A stretch of 64,000 nt of DNA. It comes from Spirochaetia bacterium. GTDB lineage: Bacteria; Spirochaetota; Spirochaetia; UBA9216. This document shows, piece after piece, positions 1-9,402 of the stretch. The notes under the pieces were generated by a model. It saw only the letters and a program-made list of their open reading frames with translations. It did no database searches and was not told the DNA's origin. The translations under genes were made by a program, and so were the position numbers. Position 1 is the stretch's first letter. Each line of letters begins with the position of its first letter. Location of the stretch: contig OY776510.1 in the NCBI GenBank assembly GCA_963675665.1, forward strand, positions 4,032,001 through 4,096,000, in the 5' to 3' direction.

Positions 1-15
1 CAAACTCTCCATAAT
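1..15 (-). rRNA. rrs: 5' end of 16S rRNA gene (truncated by window edge)
   Basis: Reverse complement of 1-12 is ATGGAGAGTTTG, the universal 16S start (AGAGTTTGATC..). Supported by an upstream boxA and two tandem sigma70 promoters. Only about 12 nt are visible. Confidence 0.75.
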
Positions 16-186
16 ATAGTCTAGCTAACCCTAAGATTAGCCAGTTTTATCCTAACAATTATTGAATCAGCAAGCTGATTCAATTTGAAGTTTCTTTCGA
101 AACTTCAGACGGGTCATACAGTATTCTGCATATCTCAGCAGACTCACTGCAATCACCCAAACACAGGCTCTCTCCATCCCTATTTA

Positions 187-199
187 ATTTAAAAGAACA
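187..199 (-). promoter_or_regulatory. boxA antitermination element of the rRNA leader
   Basis: Minus strand TGTTCTTTTAAAT resembles boxA (TGCTCTTTAACA) and lies between the promoters and the 16S start. Confidence 0.6.
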
Positions 200-290
200 A
201 GATTGAAAAACATAAAAGCTTTTCAACCATGAAGTTTGCCGAAGGCAAACTTCAAATTGAAACCCGGAGGGTTTCAATAAGCGTGCAGTT

Positions 291-319
291 GTTTTACCAA
301 ATACAGCTCTTTGTGTCAA
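291..319 (-). promoter_or_regulatory. rRNA promoter P2 (sigma70)
   Basis: TTGACA(319-314)-17 bp-TAAAAC(296-291), with extended -10 TG. Confidence 0.75.
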
Positions 320-414
320 GCATGTCGTGAAAATAATTTCAAGTATTTTCAGAAGTTGCTTAATCGGTATGCCTTTTGAAGCTGTTCTTGCAAGCTTCTT
401 TAGAAGGCTTGATA

Positions 415-443
415 TGTATACTTATTTGCTTTAAAAAAGTCAA
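415..443 (-). promoter_or_regulatory. rRNA promoter P1 (sigma70)
   Basis: TTGACT(443-438)-17 bp-TATACA(420-415). Confidence 0.6.
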
Positions 444-450
444 CACCTTA

Positions 451-774
451 TCAGGAATTTCTTAATTCTTCTTCCTTGAAGGCTATATTTTTATCAACTT
501 CAACCAGCTCATTTAAAATCTCTTTTACACCGGAGGATGCCTGGGTTAAGGATTTGCGCTCATTAACAAGAAAGGCTTCGTATGCTTTTATACCGAGCTC
601 ATTAATAAGATCCTTCTTGCGGGTATTGAGCCTTCTGATGTCAATCTTTATGATACTTGTTTCTTCTATTTCTGCAGCCGCATCTTTGGCTTTTTTTAAA
701 AATTGCTTAGACGTTTCTATGCCGTAAGCAAGACTATCGTTAAGACCGTCCTGTAACTTTTCATAAATAGACAT
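451..774 (-). CDS. small helical/coiled-coil hypothetical protein
   Basis: ORF 451-792; GGAGGAG RBS precedes the ATG at 774; charged helical composition. Confidence 0.7.
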   Translation of the reverse strand: MSIYEKLQDGLNDSLAYGIETSKQFLKKAKDAAAEIEETSIIKIDIRRLNTRKKDLINELGIKAYEAFLVNERKSLTQASSGVKEILNELVEVDKNIAFKEEELRNS

Positions 775-879
775 ATTCTCCTCCATATGCAATACTATAT
801 AGGATAGACCCGACTTTGCAGTAATTCAAGCAAAATATTAAAATCGGGTTAAAGTTTACAAATGAAGTAGAGCAGGATA

Positions 880-1113
880 ATGACTGAAGATAATGTATCT
901 TATATAAGGTGCAGAAATTGCGGCCGCTATATAGAGAAAAATCAGAGTATTAGTGAAATCTACTGTTCTGAAACCTGTGCCGGGACCTTTACCCGTTGCC
1001 CAAACTGTGGTAAATTTTTCCCGGCTTTGAATAAGGAACGCCACAACGGTTTCTGTTCACTCGAATGTGAAACAGTATATAACGAAGACGGTATCATAAT
1101 TTCAGAAGATTAA
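880..1113 (+). CDS. small double zinc-finger (TRASH/zf-FCS-like) protein
   Basis: Two repeats of CxxC...[YF]CSxxC; AGGA RBS. Confidence 0.7.
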   Translation: MTEDNVSYIRCRNCGRYIEKNQSISEIYCSETCAGTFTRCPNCGKFFPALNKERHNGFCSLECETVYNEDGIIISED

Positions 1114-1155
1114 AAGAAACCCGACAGAAGGTTAAATCACAGAGGAGAAAATACA

Positions 1156-1788
1156 ATGAAACTAATTTTCTTGGGCCCCCCGGGTGCAGGCAAGGGAACT
1201 ATTGCATCAAGAATATGCGCTGAACTGAATATCCCGCATATTTCTACAGGCGATCTGTTCCGTAAAGCAATTAAAAACCAGACTGAACTTGGTAAAAAAG
1301 TTCAGCAGATCATCGAATCCGGCGATCTCGTTCCTGACGCCTTAACCGTTGCCCTGGTAAAAGAAAGATTGAATAATCCTGATGTTGAGAACGGATATAT
1401 TCTCGACGGTTTCCCGAGAACAATTGTACAAGCCGATTCACTTGCAAAATTCAGTGAAGTAGATGCCGTTATAAATTTTACCATTACCGACGACCAGGTT
1501 ATAAACAGACTCTCCGGCAGAAGAATGTGCACAAACTGCGGTGAAGGATACCATATCAGGACCGTAAAACCGCAACAGGAAGGAATATGTGATAAATGCG
1601 GCGGCGAGCTTATCACACGCCCTGACGACACACCTGAGGCAATCAAAAACAGGTTGTCTGTTTATTACGATTCCACAGAACCGCTTATAGACTATTATAA
1701 AAATAAAAATATTCTGAGAGATGTTGACGGTTCAGGATCTGTCGACGCAGTAGTTATTGAAACAAACACTGTAATCTCGACCTTATAA
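1156..1788 (+). CDS. adk: adenylate kinase
   Basis: GPPGAGKGT P-loop, HISTGDLFR, LDGFPRT, Zn-LID CxxC..CxxC. Confidence 0.98.
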   Translation: MKLIFLGPPGAGKGTIASRICAELNIPHISTGDLFRKAIKNQTELGKKVQQIIESGDLVPDALTVALVKERLNNPDVENGYILDGFPRTIVQADSLAKFSEVDAVINFTITDDQVINRLSGRRMCTNCGEGYHIRTVKPQQEGICDKCGGELITRPDDTPEAIKNRLSVYYDSTEPLIDYYKNKNILRDVDGSGSVDAVVIETNTVISTL

Positions 1789-1796
1789 CCTTACAA

Positions 1797-2765
1797 TTAT
1801 TCAGCCGGTGCTGAACCATCAGCATCGGCCTTTTTTTCATCAGGGCCAATGATTTCAAGAACATCGGAATACCACTCTGCACCGGAATTCTCGAGCAATC
1901 TGTCATAATACTCCTGCCCTTTCCAGCCGGTACCTACACTGTTCTGCAAAGCCTCAAAACCGTTATCCAAATCCTCCATGTATTTAAGGAGAATTTCAGC
2001 AATTTTAAAATATACTCTCCCCAGGGTTTCTTCAGGAAAAGACTCATCCTCTGCAGATTCGGCTTTCTGCACCAGCTGCCTGTAATCATCTACAGCTTCC
2101 GTATACATACGTCTTTCTGTAAAAACATCGCCTGAAAGTTCAAGCGCCTCAATATCTTCAGGATTCATTTCCAGTCTTTTTTCAAGCCACAGTGACGCGC
2201 TATCATAATTACCAAGTTCAGCTTCAAGAGAAGCTATTTCAAAGACAGCTTCCTCTTCATCAGGATAGTATTCAAAAAACTTTTTAAACCTTGCAAGAGC
2301 TTCTTCAAGATCCTGATTTTCAGACAGGAGAACCGCCGAATTATAGAGAGAATTCCTGCTTGTCTCAAAATCGAACAGAACTTCTTCATAAATAGCCAGC
2401 GCCGTCGAATCATCTCCCATCAAATGATAAACCCAGGCGCGGGTTTCCAGGATTATTCTGTTGGATGGATCTTCCACAAGCAATTCATCAAGCTGCTCGA
2501 GGCTTTTTTCATATTTTTCAAGAAAAATATAAACCCTGGCAAGATTAAAACCGGCGCTTAGCAGCTCGGAATCAAGCTGCCGGGCTCTTGTATACGCATT
2601 TACAGCGTCCTGATTTCTTCCCAGCTCGGTATATGCATTACCAAGATTATAATAAGCTTCGGCAGCCTCTTCGGAGGTAATACCGGCAGAGGTGCTGCAG
2701 CCGGCAAGAATAATCATTATAATCGCCGGCAGCAACGCTCCCAGGCGTAAACGAAAAATAGACAC
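1797..2765 (-). CDS. TPR-repeat lipoprotein
   Basis: Lipobox LAGC, then TPR motifs (AEAYYNLGNAY...). Confidence 0.85.
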   Translation of the reverse strand: MSIFRLRLGALLPAIIMIILAGCSTSAGITSEEAAEAYYNLGNAYTELGRNQDAVNAYTRARQLDSELLSAGFNLARVYIFLEKYEKSLEQLDELLVEDPSNRIILETRAWVYHLMGDDSTALAIYEEVLFDFETSRNSLYNSAVLLSENQDLEEALARFKKFFEYYPDEEEAVFEIASLEAELGNYDSASLWLEKRLEMNPEDIEALELSGDVFTERRMYTEAVDDYRQLVQKAESAEDESFPEETLGRVYFKIAEILLKYMEDLDNGFEALQNSVGTGWKGQEYYDRLLENSGAEWYSDVLEIIGPDEKKADADGSAPAE

Positions 2766-3827
2766 CTATATACCCAGAACTGTTTCTTCTATCTTCCGAA
2801 CCTGTGATCGGTAAAGCTGTGATATGCCGGCGCCGTAATCAGCAATCAACTGAATAATATTCCTTGGATAGGCTTCTGAATCAGAACCGTTAAGCCTGTC
2901 TCCTGCATCACCCAGACCCGGCATAATATAGGCTTTTTCATTCAGGACAGGATCCATCCAAAGAGTATATACCTTAACATTTTCCAGAGCCCTTACAATC
3001 CTGATCGATCCCTTAAGGGCTGAGATTACATTGAAAAAGCTGATTGATTTGGGCTTAACCCCGTTATCCAGCAGGTATTTGACGATGGTGACAAGGCTTC
3101 CGCCTGTCGCATTCATCGGGTCAGCAAAAATAAGGTCTTTTCCGTCCAGTGCTTCAAGATTAAAATATGACTTTTCAAGATCAAGAATGTACTCCATATC
3201 ACTTTCTTTTTTGGAATCATCCCTGTTAATCTTAAAGAGAGCAAATGGGGTTACATAACGTTTTGACGAGTATTCCTGTATTTCCTTGCTCATTATCATT
3301 GACGGCAACAAAGCGCCTCTGAGCATCACACACATTACAGAATTCTCGATTTTCTCATCAGCATCTGGAATTTTATGTACGGCATAGTTCTGGACCGGAA
3401 CATTGACCGGAGTTTTGGTAATGAGATAATTTTTCTCGGATGAGGCTCCGCCGTATGCCAGATTAAAAAGCATTTCATAAGCGCGCTGAATATAGTACAG
3501 AAATTCATGATGCTCGGTTCGAACATCACGCAGCTTCGCAATCAGCCGTGAAGCTTCTCCGTGGATTTCGCGGGGAGTTTTAAACGAATATACATTTATT
3601 GCAGACATCTCGTCTGTAATTTCCTGCATAAATTCTCCCATCTTATTATAAATAGTAATAAGCTCTTTCTTGCTGCCTTCACTCTTGTCAGTAAAATTCG
3701 ATGAACTGATTATATTAAAATGCGCCATTGCCTGATCGTAATATTCCTGCATCCTTGCCAGATTTCCTTTATCACTGTTTGTCAAATATCCGTCAAGATC
3801 TGTCGCTTTAAGAATTATTTTGCTCAT
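2766..3827 (-). CDS. upp: uracil phosphoribosyltransferase (long form)
   Basis: [18 protein letters not shown] loop, [12 protein letters not shown]. Confidence 0.92.
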   Translation of the reverse strand: MSKIILKATDLDGYLTNSDKGNLARMQEYYDQAMAHFNIISSSNFTDKSEGSKKELITIYNKMGEFMQEITDEMSAINVYSFKTPREIHGEASRLIAKLRDVRTEHHEFLYYIQRAYEMLFNLAYGGASSEKNYLITKTPVNVPVQNYAVHKIPDADEKIENSVMCVMLRGALLPSMIMSKEIQEYSSKRYVTPFALFKINRDDSKKESDMEYILDLEKSYFNLEALDGKDLIFADPMNATGGSLVTIVKYLLDNGVKPKSISFFNVISALKGSIRIVRALENVKVYTLWMDPVLNEKAYIMPGLGDAGDRLNGSDSEAYPRNIIQLIADYGAGISQLYRSQVRKIEETVLGI

Positions 3828-3955
3828 TCCTGCTCCTTTAAATCATTTTAGATCATTGTATAATAAAAAATGGATTTTTGAAGCAGAATTGTAATGAAAA
3901 ATATATAAAAATACATTATTATTAGTTATATACATTAAACGTTCTTGGAGGAAAA

Positions 3956-4414
3956 ATGAGAAAAAAAATATTACTACTTGTTCTTGTGCTTCTTGTATTT
4001 ACTGTTGCAAGCACATTTGCTACAGGTATAGGGATTCAGGGCGGCCTTGATTTTATGGATACGCCTTATGCTTCGAATCTGGCCCTTTCATTCAAACTGG
4101 ATGAATTTCCCATGATGTTTGGATTGGGCTGGAATTTCGCTGGAGGAGTAGCCATAGGCGCATCTGCAGACTGGTGGGTTTATCATGATGTATTAACAGG
4201 AATTATCAGCCTGTATGCCGGTCCGGGTATTTTCGGCGGATTTTCTACCGGAGGCTCCGGTAGTTTCTGGCTTGGCCCCCGTGTTGCATTCGGTTTTCAA
4301 ATTTTCCCTATTGAACCGCTTGAAATATTCCTCGAGCTTGACCCGTCTTTAGCCTTATTACCAGCTCCTGATTTTGTTTTCCAGGGATCCATTGGAGCCA
4401 GGTTCTGGTTCTAA
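3956..4414 (+). CDS. small outer-membrane beta-barrel (DUF3996/BAPKO_0422-like)
   Basis: Signal peptide, amphipathic Gly/aromatic strands, LEIFLE motif, C-terminal GARFWF. Confidence 0.8.
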   Translation: MRKKILLLVLVLLVFTVASTFATGIGIQGGLDFMDTPYASNLALSFKLDEFPMMFGLGWNFAGGVAIGASADWWVYHDVLTGIISLYAGPGIFGGFSTGGSGSFWLGPRVAFGFQIFPIEPLEIFLELDPSLALLPAPDFVFQGSIGARFWF

Positions 4415-4433
4415 CCAGATATTACAATTTGAT

Positions 4434-4461
4434 AAAACCGCTCTACCGGAGCGGTTTTTTT
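4434..4461 (+). terminator. intrinsic terminator
   Basis: AAAACCGCTC-TACC-GGAGCGGTTTTTTT hairpin with U-tract. Confidence 0.85.
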
Positions 4462-4488
4462 ATAAACGTTGCTTTTCCCGTCCGCACC

Positions 4489-4527
4489 AAAAAAAAGACT
4501 GCTTCGTTTTCGAAACAGTCTTTTTTT
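4489..4527 (-). terminator. intrinsic terminator after the tRNA operon
   Basis: A-tract/GACTG...CAGTC/T-tract hairpin immediately 3' of tRNA-Glu. Confidence 0.75.
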
Positions 4528-4602
<75 letters not shown>

Positions 4603-4785
4603 CTAAGCTTTCACTTCGTGAAAGCTTTCGGAGATTTTGTTCTTTGAACAAAACTCCATATCTTTTTCACTTCGTGAAATTTTTTGAATTATTCTTCTGC
4701 GAAGAATACTTCATATATCAGATAATGGATGTTTAACTCTAAGAGTTAAACTCCAAAATAAAAATCCGACAGGATTTTTATTAAC

Positions 4786-4858
4786 TGAGCCGCACAGGGT
4801 TCGAACCTGTGACCCACGCCTTAAAAGGGCGTTGCTCTACCAGCTGAGCTAGCGGCCC
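4786..4858 (-). tRNA. tRNA-Lys(TTT), CCA not encoded
   Basis: GGGCCGCTAGCTCAGCTGGTAGAGC, anticodon arm ACGCC-CTTTTAA-GGCGT, GGTTCGAACCC. Confidence 0.97.
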
Positions 4859-4874
4859 TGCTTAATGCTCGCTG

Positions 4875-4903
4875 AATATAGCAACTAAGATAAAAAATGT
4901 CAA
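4875..4903 (-). promoter_or_regulatory. proximal sigma70 promoter of tRNA-Lys/Glu
   Basis: TTGACA-17 bp-TATATT just upstream of tRNA-Lys. Confidence 0.8.
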
Positions 4904-5021
4904 CAGAAATCATTTTGTTTTTTTCAAAATAAAGTATCTCGGAAAACTCCAGCATTCAGAGATTCCGTTCCGGACTTACAGGTTGTTTATTTATTTACAG
5001 GAAAGGAAATAAACAAACATC

Positions 5022-5049
5022 AGCATAATGGGTATTGCACTTCTGTCAA
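5022..5049 (-). promoter_or_regulatory. possible distal promoter of the tRNA operon
   Basis: TTGACA-16 bp-TATGCT. Confidence 0.5.
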
Positions 5050-5099
5050 CCCTGATTAAGGGTTATCGGATATGGCCGTCTTTCTTATACGGCTTGCGG

Positions 5100-6278
5100 T
5101 TAAAGCATGAATCCCAGAGTCAGATTGTACACGGGCTTTGTTCCCGGCTGACTGGATTGTTCCGTACCGAACATTGCGGCATTTAGTGTAAATATCTTTA
5201 AATCCAGACCTAATCCGGCGTTAAGCAGGCCATCGGCAAGCCCTACCCTGACATCAAGAATTTCCAGCATGGTAATTTCGAGTCCGGTCTTTATATGCAG
5301 CAGCCAGTGCTCGGCTTCTGTCGGATAAAGTAAAAAATCAAAGATGTCGTCATATGCCGCCATGAAACGAAAATCAGTAATGAACTGCTGTATAAACGGT
5401 ATTGTCGGATTGAGTTCGAACCCGGCGTTAACCTTGAAAGGAACAATTCCGCTTTCCGGATCAGGAGCTGTAGTTTCAGAATCAAGAAAATCATTTATTC
5501 CGCTCAGATACGTATACCTGGCAGTAGGTGTAAAACAATCCTGGAAGCTCAATCCTGCCGACATAAAACCGTCCCAGATGTATAAAATTCCGGCATCCAT
5601 TCCGATTATCGTGCTGAACTCAAAGGGTTCGCTCAGAAATAAATCTGCTCCTATGCTGTCAAGCATTACAGGCAGTTCCAGAAAAGATTTTTCAATTGCA
5701 ACAACACCTTCCACTCCGCCTTTTAGCATAACGCCGATGTCCAGAACATGTTTTTCATCAACTGAGAGAGGGATTCGAAAAGAATATCCGCCCGCAAGCA
5801 GCAACTGCTCTCCAAGATCCATGGAAATTGAAAGAGGACCTTTACCCCGCAGCAGAAAGTCTGTTGTATTAAACAATCCGAAACCGAAGCCGTCTCCAAC
5901 ATACCCGAAGTATATTGGTCCCGTCATTGTAAAACCGGAATATAAACCGGTAAGAATTGCCTGGGTAGACGGAGAGGTCAGCAATGTGGTCATATCCTCT
6001 CCGGCCGACAGGCTGCCGATAATCAGGGATGCAATATCAAAAATTGGCCCGGTCAGCTGAAGGGTGAAATTTGTAAAAACAAGATCTTCCTGTGCAGACT
6101 TAAAAGCTGCAGGATTGGAAAAAATAGTTTCAAGACCTTCGTTATCCGTAGGATAGGGGCCGCCCAAACCTGAATCTACACCGGTAGGAACATAGATATC
6201 TTCAGCATAATAATCTGCAGCAAAACCGATTGCCGCAACAATGAATATCAGAATAACTGTACATATAATTCTCTTCAA
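5100..6278 (-). CDS. putative outer-membrane beta-barrel (FadL/TraF/PorV-like)
   Basis: Signal peptide, GLGG..FSNPA plug-like motif, amphipathic strands. Confidence 0.65.
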   Translation of the reverse strand: MKRIICTVILIFIVAAIGFAADYYAEDIYVPTGVDSGLGGPYPTDNEGLETIFSNPAAFKSAQEDLVFTNFTLQLTGPIFDIASLIIGSLSAGEDMTTLLTSPSTQAILTGLYSGFTMTGPIYFGYVGDGFGFGLFNTTDFLLRGKGPLSISMDLGEQLLLAGGYSFRIPLSVDEKHVLDIGVMLKGGVEGVVAIEKSFLELPVMLDSIGADLFLSEPFEFSTIIGMDAGILYIWDGFMSAGLSFQDCFTPTARYTYLSGINDFLDSETTAPDPESGIVPFKVNAGFELNPTIPFIQQFITDFRFMAAYDDIFDFLLYPTEAEHWLLHIKTGLEITMLEILDVRVGLADGLLNAGLGLDLKIFTLNAAMFGTEQSSQPGTKPVYNLTLGFML

Positions 6279-6307
6279 ACCAAAACTCCATGTAGATATT
6301 TGCTTGA

Positions 6308-6940
6308 CTATTCAGGGATGGTTAAATCGCCGAATATTGTTGAAAGATCAACGCCCCCCTGGTCGGCCCAATACTGAGCCTGCACAAGGTCCGGATCTTC
6401 CGGATCAACAGTCCCCAGCTGATCAACTCCTCCGGCGTCATTAATAACAATAAGAAGCTGTGCTGCAGCGGCATTAGTGTATTGCTCCGGGGTCAGTACC
6501 ACTCCATCCATGTCTTCAGCCGCCTCTATAAGCGCAACGGCATCTTCAAGGTTATCAGTATCAATATCATCAAGCAAACCAGTAGTCAGATCTTCAGTTT
6601 CTCCCGAGGCAAATGCATCAAGCGCGCCGCTTACGGCATCGCCCAAACCGGAGGCCCCTACTGCCAAATCGGCAGCGAGTAAAACCATATCCGGATCTGC
6701 AGTACTGAGATCATCCGGAAGCATAGCTGCAATCTCATTGTAAGCAGCCTCGAGTTCTGCTGCTGTTGCCGTTCCCGAAGTAAGAAGATCTTCAGCATAA
6801 GAGAGCTTCTGATCATTGGTCATTGTAGAGATATCCGCTTCATACCAGAAGTATGCGCTGGTTGTAAAAACCTGCTGGCAGGATGTTAAAACTGCCAATA
6901 ACAGTAACCCTGTACAAAAAAATCTAAATCCGATTTTCAT
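6308..6940 (-). CDS. acidic helical lipoprotein
   Basis: Lipobox LTSC; Asp/Ala-rich; GGGGGA RBS. Confidence 0.8.
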   Translation of the reverse strand: MKIGFRFFCTGLLLLAVLTSCQQVFTTSAYFWYEADISTMTNDQKLSYAEDLLTSGTATAAELEAAYNEIAAMLPDDLSTADPDMVLLAADLAVGASGLGDAVSGALDAFASGETEDLTTGLLDDIDTDNLEDAVALIEAAEDMDGVVLTPEQYTNAAAAQLLIVINDAGGVDQLGTVDPEDPDLVQAQYWADQGGVDLSTIFGDLTIPE

Positions 6941-6985
6941 TCGAATTTCCCCCTATAGCAATTATCGTGAGAATTGCTTAAAAAA

Positions 6986-8338
6986 TCAAATCCATTCCAG
7001 AAATCTGCAGATTATGCCGTTATTTTCAACAGCTTCAATTTTTGCTCTGCAGATAGTTCCATCTTTATTAATTATATCACATACTGTCGATTTTAAATAA
7101 TTTTCACTTGTTCCGTTCCATTTTTCACCGTTTTCGTCTTCTATAAGAACATCAACATCTCGACCAATCCATCCTGATGCATATTTCAGGTAATATTCGC
7201 CTGACAGCCGCCGCAATTCTCCCGTCCGCTGTCCTGATATACGTTCTGGAACCGGGTTTTTCATTTTCTCCGCAAGAGTTCCGGGCCTTGGTGAAAACGG
7301 AAAAACATGCAGATGGGCAAATTCGCATTCTTCAACCAGACTGAGGGTAAGCCCGTAATCCTCATCTGTTTCACCGGGAAAACCTGCAATAACATCCGCG
7401 GCCAGAAACGGATCGTCTTTTACGTTTCTCAGTGTTTTTACTGCATCTATTATCTTTGCACGATTGTTATGCCGCCGCATAAGCGAAAGGATCCTGTCGC
7501 TTCCGGATTGAACCGGTATATGAAAATGCGGGCACACTGCCGGACTGCTTACTGCAAGCGCCATTCTGTCGTCTATTGTTTCCGGTTCAAGAGACGAGAG
7601 TCTTATTCTTGCCGCCGGATGACCTCCGGGACCGTCAGTTCCGGCAATTACAGCAAGTTCGGTCAGAATACGGCTGAAATCATATCCTTGTGAATTATAA
7701 GAAGTTAAATTGACACCCGTCAGCACAATTTCCCGGTATCCTTTATCGAGCAAACCGCTGAACTGCCTTAAAACCTCTTCGGGCGGCAGGCTCACCCCGC
7801 GTCCCCTTGCGATTGTAACCCTGCAGTAAGCACAGCTGTTGTCGCATCCGTCCTGAATTTTCAGGAACGCCCGGGTATGATAATTGAAATCGACAGATTC
7901 ATACCAGAACCTGTCAGGATCCTGCAGCCCCTGGGAGGAGCCCCTCCCGAAGAAACCGCGCACAGCCCCGATTAAGCCGTCCCGGTCATCCTGCAGGTCC
8001 TTTAAAAACACGGGAAGCCTGCTAATCTCATCTTTTCTGTCATGCGGGACAACGACAACATTGCCGCCGAGGGAAACTTCTGCTTCATCAAGCTGAGCAT
8101 AGCAGCCGGTAACAAGAACAACCGAGCCGGGATGTTCGGTTGATAGTTTCCGGATCATCCTGCGGGCTTTCTGTTCAGCTTTCGAGGTTACCGTGCATGT
8201 GTTTATTATATAAAGATCAGCATCGCTGCGTACATCCTCAATAAAAAAACCCCGGCTGTCGAAGGACGATGCCAGGGCTTCACTTTCACATTGATTCAGC
8301 TTGCAGCCTAAGGTATATACAGCCGCTCTGAAATCCAT
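6986..8338 (-). CDS. mtaB: tRNA t6A37 methylthiotransferase
   Basis: TLGCKLNQCES, INTCTVT, radical-SAM KIQDGCDNSCAYC. Confidence 0.93.
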   Translation of the reverse strand: MDFRAAVYTLGCKLNQCESEALASSFDSRGFFIEDVRSDADLYIINTCTVTSKAEQKARRMIRKLSTEHPGSVVLVTGCYAQLDEAEVSLGGNVVVVPHDRKDEISRLPVFLKDLQDDRDGLIGAVRGFFGRGSSQGLQDPDRFWYESVDFNYHTRAFLKIQDGCDNSCAYCRVTIARGRGVSLPPEEVLRQFSGLLDKGYREIVLTGVNLTSYNSQGYDFSRILTELAVIAGTDGPGGHPAARIRLSSLEPETIDDRMALAVSSPAVCPHFHIPVQSGSDRILSLMRRHNNRAKIIDAVKTLRNVKDDPFLAADVIAGFPGETDEDYGLTLSLVEECEFAHLHVFPFSPRPGTLAEKMKNPVPERISGQRTGELRRLSGEYYLKYASGWIGRDVDVLIEDENGEKWNGTSENYLKSTVCDIINKDGTICRAKIEAVENNGIICRFLEWI

Positions 8339-8970
8339 TACCCGGCACCCAGCTTTTTCCTGACCCGGTCACGGCCCCTGACGGCTTCGGTATATGAAGA
8401 ATTAAGCTCTAATGATTTATTATATGCTTCCAGTGAATATTTCCAGTCTTCTGCCATCTCTCGTGCATAGCCCAGTCTTGACCACCACCTTGCTGAATTC
8501 GGAAAATGGTAAACCGCCGTTGTGAATGCGATATCGGCATGATTGTATTCACCGAGCCTGATGTAAATCTCACCCATAAAGTAATATGCAAGTTCGATTC
8601 TGTCGCCGGTCGGGGCAAGTACCGTATATTCTTCAAAATAATCGAGCGCTTCGAGATTTTTCCCAAGATAATAATATGCTTCCGCCGCTATCTCAATTAC
8701 GCGCGTGTCCCGGCGGGATATTTCAAGACCGGAAAGGCTTGAGTCCAACGCTTTCTGATAGTCCTCCAGTTTGATATAACTCCACCCCAGAACTACATAC
8801 GAATCCATATTCCTGGGCATCCGTTCAATTTCGGCCAGACAAATCTCAATAGCTTTATTGAAATCACCCTTTCTGTATTCGACCAGGGCATCTTCACGTT
8901 CCTGCGGGAACACTGTTGCGACTGCTGAAATGCTGAAGAACAGCAGAAAAACAATAATTTTATTCTTCAT
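8338..8970 (-). CDS. exported TPR protein
   Basis: Signal peptide plus about 4-5 TPR motifs. Confidence 0.85.
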   Translation of the reverse strand: MKNKIIVFLLFFSISAVATVFPQEREDALVEYRKGDFNKAIEICLAEIERMPRNMDSYVVLGWSYIKLEDYQKALDSSLSGLEISRRDTRVIEIAAEAYYYLGKNLEALDYFEEYTVLAPTGDRIELAYYFMGEIYIRLGEYNHADIAFTTAVYHFPNSARWWSRLGYAREMAEDWKYSLEAYNKSLELNSSYTEAVRGRDRVRKKLGAG

Positions 8971-9352
8971 TCTTCATTTCCTCATCTTTTGTTACTTCAC
9001 GCGGAGATTTCATGGTGCAGATCCCGTTAAAAGAACAGCCGCTTTCCATGATTATGTCGGGTGCCGTAATGTCTCCGTCAACATGCCCGCACGAAAATAT
9101 CTCGACTCTGTCGTAGGCGAAAATATTACCGTGCACAGTACCCATTACCGAAACAATATTCGCTTCCACCCTTGCATCTACAACCGCGCTTTCGGCGACA
9201 TAAAAATCACCTTCCGCTTTGACGTTTCCCTTTATGTGTCCTTTTATCATAAGAGATTTGTCGAATCCCAGATTCCCGGTAAAATCGATATCCTCGTTAA
9301 GTATTGTATCTATTTCAGCTTCATCTGTTATCTGTATCTGAATATCGCTCAT
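8960..9352 (-). CDS. bactofilin (polymer-forming cytoskeletal protein)
   Basis: Beta-helix repeats (TIL..FTGNL..IKG.IKG..V.G.V.GNI..V.GDI..G..F.G). Confidence 0.9.
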   Translation of the reverse strand: MSDIQIQITDEAEIDTILNEDIDFTGNLGFDKSLMIKGHIKGNVKAEGDFYVAESAVVDARVEANIVSVMGTVHGNIFAYDRVEIFSCGHVDGDITAPDIIMESGCSFNGICTMKSPREVTKDEEMKNEE

Positions 9353-9402
9353 ATCATCTTAATGTACTTAGCCTGCCCTCAGCTGTCAAGCGTAAACTGC
9401 AA

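Noticed and set aside
80-319. 79-aa ORF
   Set aside because: Lies within the rRNA leader; its TTG start is the -35 box
4603-4785. CRISPR-like array
   Set aside because: Only one 15-bp sequence recurs (twice); no regular repeat-spacer period and no cas genes
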